Assembly: GCA_913031625.1 (NCBI GenBank)
Contig: CAJWGB010000001.1
Location: 52,533-116,532, forward strand
From: an uncultured Planctomycetaceae bacterium
GTDB lineage: Bacteria; Planctomycetota; Planctomycetia; Planctomycetales; Planctomycetaceae
Reading direction: 5' to 3'
Length of the DNA: 64,000 bases
This document shows, in pieces, positions 45,340-56,100 of this stretch. The position numbers were made by a program, and so were the translations under genes. Each line of letters begins with the position of its first letter. The stretch's first letter is position 1. A model generated the notes under the pieces. It made no database searches, was not told the origin of the DNA, and saw only the letters and a program-made list of their open reading frames with translations.

Positions 45340-45885
45340 ATGAAAACTCTGTTTGCCTCCATCGCCGTTCTTCCCCTGCTCGGCCTGCTTTCCGTCAGCG
45401 TTCCGTCTGGAAAAGTGAGCGTCAAAGGCGTCCATCTCTGTTGTGGAGGATGCCAATCCGCCGCCAAAGACGCCTTCGATGGCCTGAAAGGTGTTTCGGG
45501 CATCTCGGTGGACCTCAACACCAAGGTCATCAGCTTCACGGTCGACAAGACAGACAAAGCGGAGTCTGTGCTGAAGACCCTGGCAGAAGCCGGCTTCTAT
45601 GGCACTGCCACCATGGATGGTAAACCTGTGAAGTATCCGGATTCCGGTGCGAAGAAGGGGGCCAAGTCCAATTCACTCACACTGATCGGTCTGCATCTGT
45701 GTTGCACTTCCTGTGTGACGGGTTCTCAAAAAGCGCTGCAGGGCGTCTCCGGTGTCAGCCTGATCGACATCGACCGAAATGAGGGCACCATCAAACTGAC
45801 GGGTGATGCGATCAGTCACGAGGCAGCCGTCGGCGCACTGCACAAAGCCGGCTTTGCCTGTTCGATTGCCAAAGAGAAAAAGTAG
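45340..45885 (+). CDS. Secreted tandem heavy-metal-associated (HMA) domain protein
   Basis: Signal peptide and two ferredoxin-like repeats carrying HLCCGGC and HLCCTSC. Confidence 0.8.
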   Translation: MKTLFASIAVLPLLGLLSVSVPSGKVSVKGVHLCCGGCQSAAKDAFDGLKGVSGISVDLNTKVISFTVDKTDKAESVLKTLAEAGFYGTATMDGKPVKYPDSGAKKGAKSNSLTLIGLHLCCTSCVTGSQKALQGVSGVSLIDIDRNEGTIKLTGDAISHEAAVGALHKAGFACSIAKEKK

Positions 45886-46424
45886 ACGCCACCCGGCGTG
45901 GACTGGATTCAATACATCGAGGCTGCCTACCTGTTCGAAGCCCTCACTCATCGCACAAATCCAGACTCTGTCGGATTGTGCGGCAGGCAGCCACACTCGG
46001 CGTAGCGGCCTTTGCCAACCATCAGTGTGCCCGTCGCTCCAGAATGCGGCCACATATGTTTGGTTGCATGGGTATGACTGAGGGCCCTGAGCCTCCGGCG
46101 TCAGCCAGATCTACTTTGCGTTCGGTGACACACTGGTATCGCGGACGGCCACTTCTTTGTTACCAGCTTCCCGTTGAAATGCAGAGACGGGTAAAGCGCA
46201 GTCCCTTTGATGGAGGACCGTGGGCGCGCACCTCGCAGATTTCCGATGGTTCGGCTTCATCGGGCGTGCAGGGCCTGCCAACAAACAGGCGACAGACTGC
46301 TGATTCGCATTTTTCTGACTTTCAGTGAACGAAGTCGGCAGCCCTGCACTCCAAGTACGGAAGAGCGGTTCTCAGGACGCTCGCAGTTCCGACAACTTAC
46401 CGCCTGCCGTTCGGGAATTCGACC

Positions 46425-49400
46425 ATGATTCGTGACGCCATTCACCTGACTGTTGCCACTGTCGTGTTGCTGTTGTTACTTGGATGCGGGAGTGGACAGC
46501 CTGACGAGGCTGTTGAACGGGCGGCGACGAATGACATGCCCCAACTGATGCCAGCAGACGCCGCCATCGGAAACATCGCGGTAGATGACAGCGAACAGGA
46601 TATGGCTCTCGACGCTAATGTGAGCGACGAATACGAGTCTGAAGCAATCGGAGAAATAGCTAAAAGAGAAGCGGCCAGCGAACAGTCAGACGAGAAACCC
46701 AAAGCGGAACGAGCCACGACATGGAAGCGGTCTGTCGTCCGAGCAAACACATCACGTCTGATGATCGGGGATGAAGAAGAGTTGCCACTGAGCGGTGTTC
46801 ATGCGGATGTCCGAATCGATGGCTTTCGTGCTCGTGTCCTGCTCGACTGTTTCTTCTTCAATGATCGCAATCAGCAGTTTGAGGGCACATTTCAGCTGCG
46901 GCTGCCTAATGGCGCGTCGCCTTATTTCTGCGCATTCGGTGAAACCCAGTGGAGTGCGGCAGACCAGGTGCCGGAACCTGTGAGAATTCCTGAAGCAGAC
47001 AATTGGGCGGCTCCTTCACCGGAAGAGATTCTGTTGGCCCGAAACGACTCATGGAAGCAGCCAAAAGTTGCCCGGATGGTTCCCCGAGAGAAAGCAGCGT
47101 TTGCGTACAAGGAGACAACTCGCCGCCAGATTGACCCGGCACTAATGGAATGGAGTGGCGCGGGCGTCTTCAACTGCCGCGTGTTTCCACTGGCCCCTCG
47201 AAAGCTGCATCGCATTGTTGTGGGCTACGATGTGGACCTGATCAAGATCGGTGACCAGTGGGAGTTTCGGCTGGATCTGCCCGATACAACGAGCAACTAC
47301 CACGTTGATCTCGCAGTGGCTGGAGATCAGGGAATCGATATTACTCCCGCTACCGAGGTGACTGTGCGGCAGGCCCATACAGTGGCTCACATCAGCAATC
47401 CGGAAACATCGTCCATCAAAGTTCAGCTCAAGAACTGGGGGCACACAATGCTGGTGGGGAGCGAGCAGTCAACCGGGCCCTGGTTTGCCTCTCGGTTCAG
47501 TCCTGAACTGCCGAGCGATGCTGGCAGGACTTCGGATCGCGCCATCTTCATGGTGGACGTCTCTCTCAGTTCGAACCCGGATAAGTTCAACATCTGGCTG
47601 AGCATGCTGGATGCAATCCTTGCCAACAATCGCGAACACCTGAAAGAGTACGCCGTTCTCTTCTTCAATGTAGAGATTTTCTGGTGGCAGGACGGGTACG
47701 TCGCGAACACGGAGGAGAACGCCGCCGCACTGAAGAAATTCTGCCAGACACTGGCGCTGGAGGGAGCGACCGATGTGGGAGCTGCGTTGACAGAGGCGTC
47801 CAAACCGGGCTGGGTACAGGAGCCGAATGGTAAGGCAGGAGACCTCTTCCTGCTCAGTGACGGAGCAGCCACATGGGGAGAGTCAGATCTGTACGCGATG
47901 TCCGCCATTCTGAAAGAGTCATTTCATCGACTGTTTGGATATTCCACCGGAATGGCTGGGACTGATGGACGCATCCTTGGTCACCTTGCTCGTGAGTCCG
48001 GCGGAGCCGTGTTTTCGGTTGTCAGTGAAGCGGAAGTGACAGCGGCGTCGACGGCACATAAGGCAAAGCCATGGAAGCTGATTGGTGCCAGCATCGACGG
48101 TGGGTCCGATTTGCTGCTCGCAGGCCGCCCTCAGTTTGTGTATCCAGGCCAGAGCCTGCTCGTGGCTGGACGCGGCTCGCTCGATCTGGCGGATGCTCGA
48201 ATTGTGCTGGATCTGGAACGCGACGGTGAGCGAAAGAAGATCGAAACACTGGTCACATCAATCGTGGATTCAGACCTGACCTCTCGAATCTATGGGCAAA
48301 TAGCAGTGAATCAGCTGGAAGCGTTTGATAGTGCCACACTCGATCAGTCGGAAGCCTATGCCCGGCACTTTCGAGTCACTGGCAAGTCCTGCTCTCTGCT
48401 GATGCTGGACACCGAAGAAGACTACGAGCGATTCAACATCAAGCCGGAAGAAGACGCCTATCTTGTCAAATCCACCGTAGCGCACGACATCGTCCAGTCG
48501 ACACTGGATGCAATCGGAGCAACACTCGGCAACCCGAAGACGGCATTCCTGAACTGGCTGGACCGTCTTGAACAGACGCCGGGCATGACCTTTCAGCTGC
48601 CTGCGGCAACTCGCCTGGCGATCGAATCGATGCCGGAAGCAGCCTTTCGTGTTCCCTCACGCCCGCTGACGTGCAAAGTAAGACGGCATGACCAGTCATC
48701 CGGATCAATTCTGGAAGCTCTGGCGAACCGGACACTGGACTACGACATGATGACGGCTGAGTCTGATCGTCGACTCAGGAACTTCAGTCCAGACGATGCA
48801 CTCAAAGCACTCAGCACGCTTGTCGAGAATCGTCCGGGGGATTCCGTCCTTGCCAGAGATGTTGGGTACTCAGCCATGGACTGGGGGCGATCTGATCAGG
48901 CCTATCAGCTGTTTTATCGAGTGACGCAGTCGCGTCCCTTTGAACCGCAGACCTACCATGCCATCGGTCGCTGCCTGACAGAACTCGGCATGACGGATCT
49001 GGCGATTGCATGGTTCGAGATTGCCATGAATACACAGTGGGATGCTCGCTTTGGCGAATTCCATCGGATCGCCGGCATGGACTACATGCGTCTGCTGCGA
49101 CAGGTGGAACAGGGGGCTCTCAAAACGTCTGTGCCCGATTTCGTGACAGCTCGAGCGAAGACAGTCGGGGCTGCCTCCATTGGCTCGCAGACAGATCTCG
49201 TGGTTGTGATTGCATGGAACACAGACCGCACGGACATCGATCTTCATGTGATAGAGCCCACTGGTGAAGAGTGTTTCTATGGCCATAACCGAACCCGGAT
49301 CGGCGGCCGAATGACTCAGGATGTGACTCAGGGTTACGGACCGGAAATGTATACGCTGGCAAATGCAAAAAGCGGAAAGTACGACATCCGAGCCACATTC

Positions 49401-49553
49401 TTCGGCTCCGACCGAAACCGAGCGAGTGCTCGCACCAAGGTCTATGCCACGATCATCAAGGGCTGGGGCACAGAGAAGGAAGTATTCACTCGAAAGGTGA
49501 TTACGCTGCATACCCAAAAGGAAAAAATGCCCATTGCCACCGTTGGCATCTGA
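46425..49553 (+). CDS. Lipoprotein with VIT-like, vWA-like, TPR and C-terminal DUF2135/YfaP-like domains
   Basis: Lipobox LLLGC, VIT-like EGTFQLRLPNGA, MIDAS-like DVSLS with LLSDG, and C-terminal VVIAWNTDRTDIDLHVIEP...DVTQGYGPE. Confidence 0.75.
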   Translation: MIRDAIHLTVATVVLLLLLGCGSGQPDEAVERAATNDMPQLMPADAAIGNIAVDDSEQDMALDANVSDEYESEAIGEIAKREAASEQSDEKPKAERATTWKRSVVRANTSRLMIGDEEELPLSGVHADVRIDGFRARVLLDCFFFNDRNQQFEGTFQLRLPNGASPYFCAFGETQWSAADQVPEPVRIPEADNWAAPSPEEILLARNDSWKQPKVARMVPREKAAFAYKETTRRQIDPALMEWSGAGVFNCRVFPLAPRKLHRIVVGYDVDLIKIGDQWEFRLDLPDTTSNYHVDLAVAGDQGIDITPATEVTVRQAHTVAHISNPETSSIKVQLKNWGHTMLVGSEQSTGPWFASRFSPELPSDAGRTSDRAIFMVDVSLSSNPDKFNIWLSMLDAILANNREHLKEYAVLFFNVEIFWWQDGYVANTEENAAALKKFCQTLALEGATDVGAALTEASKPGWVQEPNGKAGDLFLLSDGAATWGESDLYAMSAILKESFHRLFGYSTGMAGTDGRILGHLARESGGAVFSVVSEAEVTAASTAHKAKPWKLIGASIDGGSDLLLAGRPQFVYPGQSLLVAGRGSLDLADARIVLDLERDGERKKIETLVTSIVDSDLTSRIYGQIAVNQLEAFDSATLDQSEAYARHFRVTGKSCSLLMLDTEEDYERFNIKPEEDAYLVKSTVAHDIVQSTLDAIGATLGNPKTAFLNWLDRLEQTPGMTFQLPAATRLAIESMPEAAFRVPSRPLTCKVRRHDQSSGSILEALANRTLDYDMMTAESDRRLRNFSPDDALKALSTLVENRPGDSVLARDVGYSAMDWGRSDQAYQLFYRVTQSRPFEPQTYHAIGRCLTELGMTDLAIAWFEIAMNTQWDARFGEFHRIAGMDYMRLLRQVEQGALKTSVPDFVTARAKTVGAASIGSQTDLVVVIAWNTDRTDIDLHVIEPTGEECFYGHNRTRIGGRMTQDVTQGYGPEMYTLANAKSGKYDIRATFFGSDRNRASARTKVYATIIKGWGTEKEVFTRKVITLHTQKEKMPIATVGI

Positions 49554-49727
49554 TCATCTCTGCCGAGTACGCTTATGGCGGACGTGCATTGGGGCGAGTG
49601 ACGCGAGGCCTGGCATAATTAACCCCGGCTTTGTCAGTCGCTGACTTCGGCAAGGTGACCGGATTATTGCGTTGGATGTGCGTGGCCCCTGGTCCGGCTC
49701 ACATTAACACGAAATTGGAAGCTCACC

Positions 49728-50114
49728 ATGAAACTGATCCCCCTGCTAATCATTCTGGCCGTTTGTTCTTCCGCTTCGCTTGCCGGAACGGGCTATGAGG
49801 TAACAAGTAAGGATGGCGACAGGACCGTGACATATATGGTCAGATTCGGCGGCGGCAAACTGTTCGAACAGTACACAGCTTATGACCCGGATTCTAAGTC
49901 TTTTGTTTATCTCACGTGGCCTCGCAGAGGGGGCAAGCCTCCGGTGCCCGCTGCAAGGATCTGGGATCATGAAAGCGGACGCACAATTGAGCTATTTCAG
50001 TTTCCCAAAGTAAAGCACCCGCTCCCCGTCATTCCAGACATTAAGGCGATGAAGGTATGTCCGAAGACAGGAGACAAAGATTTCAAAGCTGTCCGCAGGC
50101 TGGCCTACGACTGA
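49728..50114 (+). CDS. Small secreted hypothetical protein
   Basis: ATG after a GGAAG SD, signal peptide MKLIPLLIILAVCSSASLA, and protein-like composition. Confidence 0.75.
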   Translation: MKLIPLLIILAVCSSASLAGTGYEVTSKDGDRTVTYMVRFGGGKLFEQYTAYDPDSKSFVYLTWPRRGGKPPVPAARIWDHESGRTIELFQFPKVKHPLPVIPDIKAMKVCPKTGDKDFKAVRRLAYD

Positions 50115-50285
50115 TCGCTCTTTGTAAAGCAGCCAGTAGCCGGGTCTCCGGCTGACGACCCATCCTGCGAGCGCGGCCGTTTTTGACAGCGGATCCAGTT
50201 TCCGGGTATCCTGTGAAGGTGCTCACGACCGATGAAAATAGTACAGGCGTGCCATTAACGGTCGTTCGCCGACGGGAGTGTAGTT

Positions 50286-51683
50286 GTGCTGACGTTGTTG
50301 GGAGCAAACCAGTCCACCGACTGCAGTCGACAGACTCGCCGCAGTTTTCTGCAGGTGGGAAGTCTGGCTCTGGGAGGACTCTCTCTGCCGTGGCTGCTGC
50401 AACAAAAGGCCACAGCAGCCGAAGCCGGTACTTCCTACGTCCGCGACAAATCGATTGTGATGGTTTTTCTCAGTGGCGGTGCCAGCCACATCGAGACGTT
50501 TAATCCAAACATGAACTCACCTGCTCCGTTCTGCAGCGTGACAGGAGAAGTGAAGACATCGATTCCCGGCCTGACGCTGGGTGGCACCTTCCCGATGACT
50601 GCTCGGAGCGCGAATCATGCCACTCTGGTGCGCTCGTTCACGCATCCGATCGGTGGTCATGTGCAGGCCATTCGCCATGTCCTCTCAGGAGGCACCGATG
50701 GACGCGGCGAAGTGAAAGAGGGCTACGGTATGGGGGCCATCTATTCACGGATTCGGGGCACCAATCACGAACAGACCGGGATCCCGACTAACGTTCTGCT
50801 CACCGGGCCTGAAGTTGACGGACAGTATCGCAGCGAACGGGGTCGCATGCAGCGAGGTTCGTCTCCGGGAAGTCTGGGGCCAGGCTGCTCACCGTTTGAA
50901 CCGAACGGCAAGGGGCCGGCTGTCGATAACATGCAGCTAAGCCTGCCTCCGGCGAGATTTTCTGACCGCCGTCACCTGTTGCAGCAGGTCGATCGGCTCA
51001 AGCGGAATCTCGATCAGATGCGGGAACTTGCGGGACACGATCGCTTTACTGACCAGGCGGCCGAATTGCTGCTCAACGGAGCCAGTGAAGCGTTTGATCT
51101 TTCCAGGGAGAGTCCCCATGTCAGGGAACGCTATGACACCAGCCAATTTCGGATCGGCAAGAAGGTCTTCCGAAACGCCGACATTGGTACACAGTTTCTT
51201 ACCGCGCGTCGGCTCCTTGAGGCGGGCTGCGGCTTTGTCACCGTACACAGTGCCGGCTGGGACATGCACGCTGACGGCAACAACCCCGGGATCAGCACGG
51301 GTCTGGAGATGCTTGGGCGGCCGCTGGATAAGGGGTTGTCTGCGTTTCTCGAAGACCTCAATCAGCGCGGGATGCTGGATGATGTTCTCGTGATTGTGAC
51401 AGGCGACTTTGGCCGAACGCCGAAGATCAACAATCGCGGTGGCCGCGATCACTGGACGCGACTGTGCACGCTGGCATTCTTTGGTGGCGGAGTCGGCAAC
51501 GGTCGAGTCGTGGGTGCGTCAGATCGGACAAACAGTGAACCGGACGGGACAGCATTCCGGTCGGAGGACCTGCGAGCGACCGTTGGCCATACGCTGTTTG
51601 ATATCGGACTGCTGCGGCTTGATCCGGCTGTTCCCGGTGAGCTGTCAACTCTGCTGCAGGCCGGCACTCCAATCGTGGCGTGA
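50286..51683 (+). CDS. DUF1501 domain protein
   Basis: RRSFLQVG, VFLSGGASHIETFNP, ARRLLEAG, GWDMH and TGDFGRTPKINNRGGRDHW. Confidence 0.93.
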   Translation: MLTLLGANQSTDCSRQTRRSFLQVGSLALGGLSLPWLLQQKATAAEAGTSYVRDKSIVMVFLSGGASHIETFNPNMNSPAPFCSVTGEVKTSIPGLTLGGTFPMTARSANHATLVRSFTHPIGGHVQAIRHVLSGGTDGRGEVKEGYGMGAIYSRIRGTNHEQTGIPTNVLLTGPEVDGQYRSERGRMQRGSSPGSLGPGCSPFEPNGKGPAVDNMQLSLPPARFSDRRHLLQQVDRLKRNLDQMRELAGHDRFTDQAAELLLNGASEAFDLSRESPHVRERYDTSQFRIGKKVFRNADIGTQFLTARRLLEAGCGFVTVHSAGWDMHADGNNPGISTGLEMLGRPLDKGLSAFLEDLNQRGMLDDVLVIVTGDFGRTPKINNRGGRDHWTRLCTLAFFGGGVGNGRVVGASDRTNSEPDGTAFRSEDLRATVGHTLFDIGLLRLDPAVPGELSTLLQAGTPIVA

Positions 51684-51986
51684 CCACGGCTGCAACGCAT
51701 TCGATTTAGGTTCAGTGCTTCCCTGTGCAGCGATGCCCCTCGCACGTCAGGAGATTGCATCCGTCGTTGTCACTGGTTGCCAGGATTAGCTTTGCTGCAG
51801 GAAGTGCGTTTGATTAGCGGAAGTACGCAAGGACTCCGGCCGAACCGCCTTCCGAGTTCGAATTGAGCAATCCATTAGCCAACTTGTAAGTGTGCTCGGC
51901 CGGGCGGCTCGCGCTGCTCTGCTATGAAGCTGTCACCAGATAGCCGAAGGCCGGAGGCATCGGGGGTTAACGAGTGGTCAGACCAC

Positions 51987-52017
51987 AAAAAAAAACGGGG
52001 AAGCCATGCTTCCCCGT
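51987..52017 (-). terminator. Rho-independent terminator of the DUF3500 gene
   Basis: Perfect stem ACGGGGAAGC/GCTTCCCCGT with a 3-nt loop, next to a run of nine A on the plus strand (U-tail on the minus strand). Confidence 0.88.
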
Positions 52018-52044
52018 CAAGTCGATTTCAATTGTGCTCTGTCG

Positions 52045-52998
52045 TTAAGACTTATGAGCAATATTGATATACGCGTGTACGTGTGGAGCGCCTCGGAAGT
52101 GCCACACGAAGGACGGACCTTCGACGCGCCAGATGTCCCACGTCTTGTCTGAACCGAGATCCCCCTGGGTGTAGAAGGCCATGTGCAGAGCATCGACCCC
52201 GCCGCTTTCCTTGACGATCTGCATGACTTCTTTGCGGTCTTCTTCACGGTAAGGAGCCAGCAGGAACTGCAGTGCAGAGTGAACCACTTTCTTCTGGTCG
52301 TCCTGCAGATCGCCCACAGCGATTCCCGGGAACTTCCCGCCTTTGCCCTGAATCTGGACGGCCGCTTCTTTCGGCGCCTTTGTCGTGACAAGTGCCTTCT
52401 TTGCCTGTTCCGCATCAAGTGATTTGAAGACTTCGTTTGTCTTCTTTGTCTGCGGGTAGTACAGGTTTGCCTTTACGTCTTCGTCTCCGTGACCGTATAC
52501 GATCGGGCCACCAAAGGCAGCTTTGTCGACGGAGTTACCATCGGCTCGAATCGTCAGGTGACGTCCTGTCAATTCGAATTCGAACTTGCCTTCTTCCGGA
52601 TTGCCAAAGACGGCCACCGCGTAATAGTCCATACCGCCGTCGTCTTCTTCCATCTGCTTTATCAGAGTCTTGTAGCCTTCCTTGCTGGTCAGACCACGGA
52701 CCACCTGATCGATGAGCATCTTCTGTCGGTCTGAGTAAAATCCAAACCCAATCTGCTCTTCGGTGATGTGCCAGTTGGCATTGATGCGGCTGCGAAGTTT
52801 GTGATTGAAGTCGAAGCAGACTTTGGACTTCTGAGCATCTGACAGCGATTTGTAGAACTCGCCCACTGCGGTTTCGGCGGCACCGTTTGTTGATGGGCCG
52901 GTGAACAGACCCGCAGACAGGTGGGTTGTGCCGAGTGCAGCAAGCGCTGAGACGCCGCCGACTGCCTTGACAAAGTTACGGCGTGATTGTTGTGTCAT
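52045..52998 (-). CDS. DUF3500 domain protein (Tat signal)
   Basis: MTQQSRRNFV twin-arginine leader, YAVAVFGNP, TGRHLT, FGGPIVYGH and WRVEGPSFVWHFRGAPHVH. Confidence 0.85.
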   Translation of the reverse strand: MTQQSRRNFVKAVGGVSALAALGTTHLSAGLFTGPSTNGAAETAVGEFYKSLSDAQKSKVCFDFNHKLRSRINANWHITEEQIGFGFYSDRQKMLIDQVVRGLTSKEGYKTLIKQMEEDDGGMDYYAVAVFGNPEEGKFEFELTGRHLTIRADGNSVDKAAFGGPIVYGHGDEDVKANLYYPQTKKTNEVFKSLDAEQAKKALVTTKAPKEAAVQIQGKGGKFPGIAVGDLQDDQKKVVHSALQFLLAPYREEDRKEVMQIVKESGGVDALHMAFYTQGDLGSDKTWDIWRVEGPSFVWHFRGAPHVHAYINIAHKS

Positions 52999-53197
52999 GA
53001 TTGAATTCCTGAGGAAGGATTGATCGTGCAGGACCAATCATTATAGACAGCGCCTTCCTTCAACAGCAACGAGCACGCTGGAAACCCTGTCGGTTTGGGA
53101 TGGTGGATTCTGTGGTGCGCCAGCGTTAAGCTCTTTTCACTGCCAATCGAACCTGACGTTCGTGTCTTCTCACCTGCTCACTCTACAGAGGTGTCTT

Positions 53198-56100
53198 GTG
53201 ATACGTCGCATTGCGGTCCTGTCCTGTGTCCTTCTGCTTTCCTCCGTCTCAGCTCAGCTCAAGCTGCAGCCAGGCGACCATATTTCTTACATCGGAAATA
53301 CGACTGCTGACCGAATGCAGCACCACGCATGGCTGGAGACATACCTGCATGCTTTGCATCCGGACCACGAACTAACGTTTCGGAATCTGGCTGTGCCCGG
53401 GGATGAGCTGAAGAGTCGACCTCGGGAAGATAACTTCGGCAGCCCTGACCAGTGGCTGTCCAAGAATAAGACAGACGTCGTTTTTGCATTCTTTGGCTAC
53501 AACGAAGCACTGAAGGGGACGGAGGCGATTGACGGATTCCGACGTGACCTGGCAGACGTCATCAAGGCCATGAAGGGGCAGAAATACAATGGTAAATCAG
53601 CGCCTCGCATTGTCATGTTCTCGCCCATTGGTCACGAGAATCTGCAGGACCCTAACCTGCCTGACGGCTCGGAGAACAATGTCAGACTGAATCTGTATAC
53701 AGCTGCAATGCGGTCTGTATGTCAGGAGCAGGGGGTGGCGTTTGTAAATCTCTTTGATCTGACGCAGCAGTTGTATTCTTCCAGCGAAAAGCCGCTGACA
53801 ATGAATGGCATCCACCTGCTTGACCACGGCAATGAAGCGGTTGCACGAGAGATTGTTAAACAGCTTCTCGCCAAAGAGGCGCCCGCCGCTGATAGTGTCG
53901 GCAAACTTCGGGAAGCGGTGCAGGAGAAGAACTACTATTGGTTCAACCGCTACCGAGTCGTGGACGGATATAACGTGTTTGGTGGCCGTTCGAGGCTGGC
54001 ATGGTTTGGGCAGTCAAACGCCGACGTGATGATGCGTGAGATGGAAATCTTCGACATCATGACAGCCAATCGTGATGCCAGAGTCTGGGCGGTTGCCGGT
54101 GGTGGCGACCTTGAAGTCAAAGATGACAATATCCCTGAAGAACTGGTCGTCAAAAGTAACAAGAAGGGCGACCTGCCCGATGGGAGTTTCTCGTATCGCA
54201 CTGCCGAAGAGGGACTCAAGCTCATGAAGCTGGACGAGGGCCTCCAGGCCAATGTCTTTGCTTCCGAGGAGATGTTTCCTGAATTGATCAATCCGGTTCA
54301 GATGGCGGTTGATACCGACGGCCGACTGTTTGCTTCAGTCTGGCCGAGTTACCCGCACTGGAACCCCACGAAGCCGCGAACTGACCGTATCGTCTGTCTG
54401 CCCGATGACGATGGTGATGGAGTGGCTGATCGGTGTGTGATTTTTGCAGATGGACTGAACAGTGTCACTGGCTTCGAATTCTGGGGCGGTGGCATGATTG
54501 TTGCCGCTCTGCCGGAACTCTGGTTCCTGAAAGACACGGACGGTGACGACAGGGCTGACGTAAAGATTCGTCTGTTGCAGGGCCTCTCAAGCGCTGACTC
54601 TCACCATTCCGCCAATGCAATGGTGGTTGGTCCGGATGGCTGGGTCTACTGGTCGCGAGGGATCTTTAATGTGGCGGCGATGGAAACACCCACGACGACC
54701 TATCGCTCTGGTCGATCCGGAGTACATCGTTTCAATCCGCGGACCTTTGAGATGGAATTCCACTTCCCGATTGGTCCCAACCCTCACGGCGACATTTTTG
54801 ATCAGTGGGGATTCCAGTTTGCGAATGATGGCACCAGTGGCACCGGCTCTTATGTCAACATTGGCAAAGGGATCGGGAACAAACAGTGGTTCCGTAAAGA
54901 GTGGCGACCGGTGGCAGCCACCGGCATTCTGTCGAGCAGCCACTTCCCGGAACGTCATCAGGGCAACTTTCTTGTCTGTAACTGCATCGGCTTCCTTGGG
55001 ATTCTGCAGCACGAGGTGAAGTACAACGGAGCCGACATTACTGCTGAAAAAGTGCCGCCGCTCCTGGATTCGAAAGATCCCAACTTCCGTCCGACGGACG
55101 TCGAAATCGGAGCCGATGGGGCTCTGTATGTGTCTGACTGGGCGAACGCTCTCATTGGTCACATGCAGCACAACATGCGAGACCCCAACCGAGATGCCAG
55201 CCACGGTCGCATTTACCGAATCACGGCCAAAGGCCGGCCGCTGCTGAAGCCCGTCAGACTCAAAGGCAAGCCGGTCACAGAAGTCTGTAAGGCGTTTTAT
55301 GCTCCTGAAAACAGCACTCGGTATCGCGCCCGGCTGGAGTTGAGTGGTCGGGAGTCTGCGTCAGTGACACGTGACGTAAAAGCATGGGCGTCTGTCCTGA
55401 ATGTGGAAGAGCCCAAAGATGCTCAGGCACTTCTCGAATGCCTCTGGGTTCTCGAAGAACATCGTCGCCCGGACCTCGGTCTGCTTGGAAAAGTGTTCCT
55501 TGCAAAGGAGTCCCGAGTCAGAGCTGCTGCGATTCGTACGCTTGGCCACTGGGCCAGACTGACGCCCGGTGGCAGTGCACTGCTGGTGGCCGCGGCGCGG
55601 GATGATTCTGCCCTGGTTCGTGCAGAAGCTCTGAAAGCGGCCGTTGAGTTTCAGGCTGTCGCAGCAGACGTAGACCTGAAGGCGACACTCAATAGTCCTC
55701 GACTGACGGCCATTTTTGAAGCCGCCGTCCGTGACAAGGATGAAGAACTTATCACCGTGCTCAATTATGCAAAGGGACAGATCAATGTGGATCAACTGAT
55801 TAATCAGGCGATCGCCCGGAAGATTCCACTGTCGAAGGCGGCGTACGGATATGCACTGAACACCGCCAGTCCAGCGGACCTGTTGAAGCTGCAAGGAACA
55901 CCGGAGCTGTATACGGCAATCCTGAGTCGTCCGGGTGTTCCGGAACAGTTTGTCAGGGAGGCTGTGAATGGCCTTGCCAAACTAAAAAAAGCCTCTGTCA
56001 GCAGTGTTCTGGTTGACGCCATCACAGAGATGGATGGTCAGTCTCAAACTGCGACGATTAGTGGCCCCGGAAGAATTCTGGCCGCTCAGCCGAATGCTGA

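Noticed and set aside
50136-50153. GTAG-led hairpin GTAGCCGGGTCTCCGGCT, considered as a REP element
   Set aside because: Single copy in the window with a 6-bp stem; it cannot be told apart from a terminator fragment or chance.
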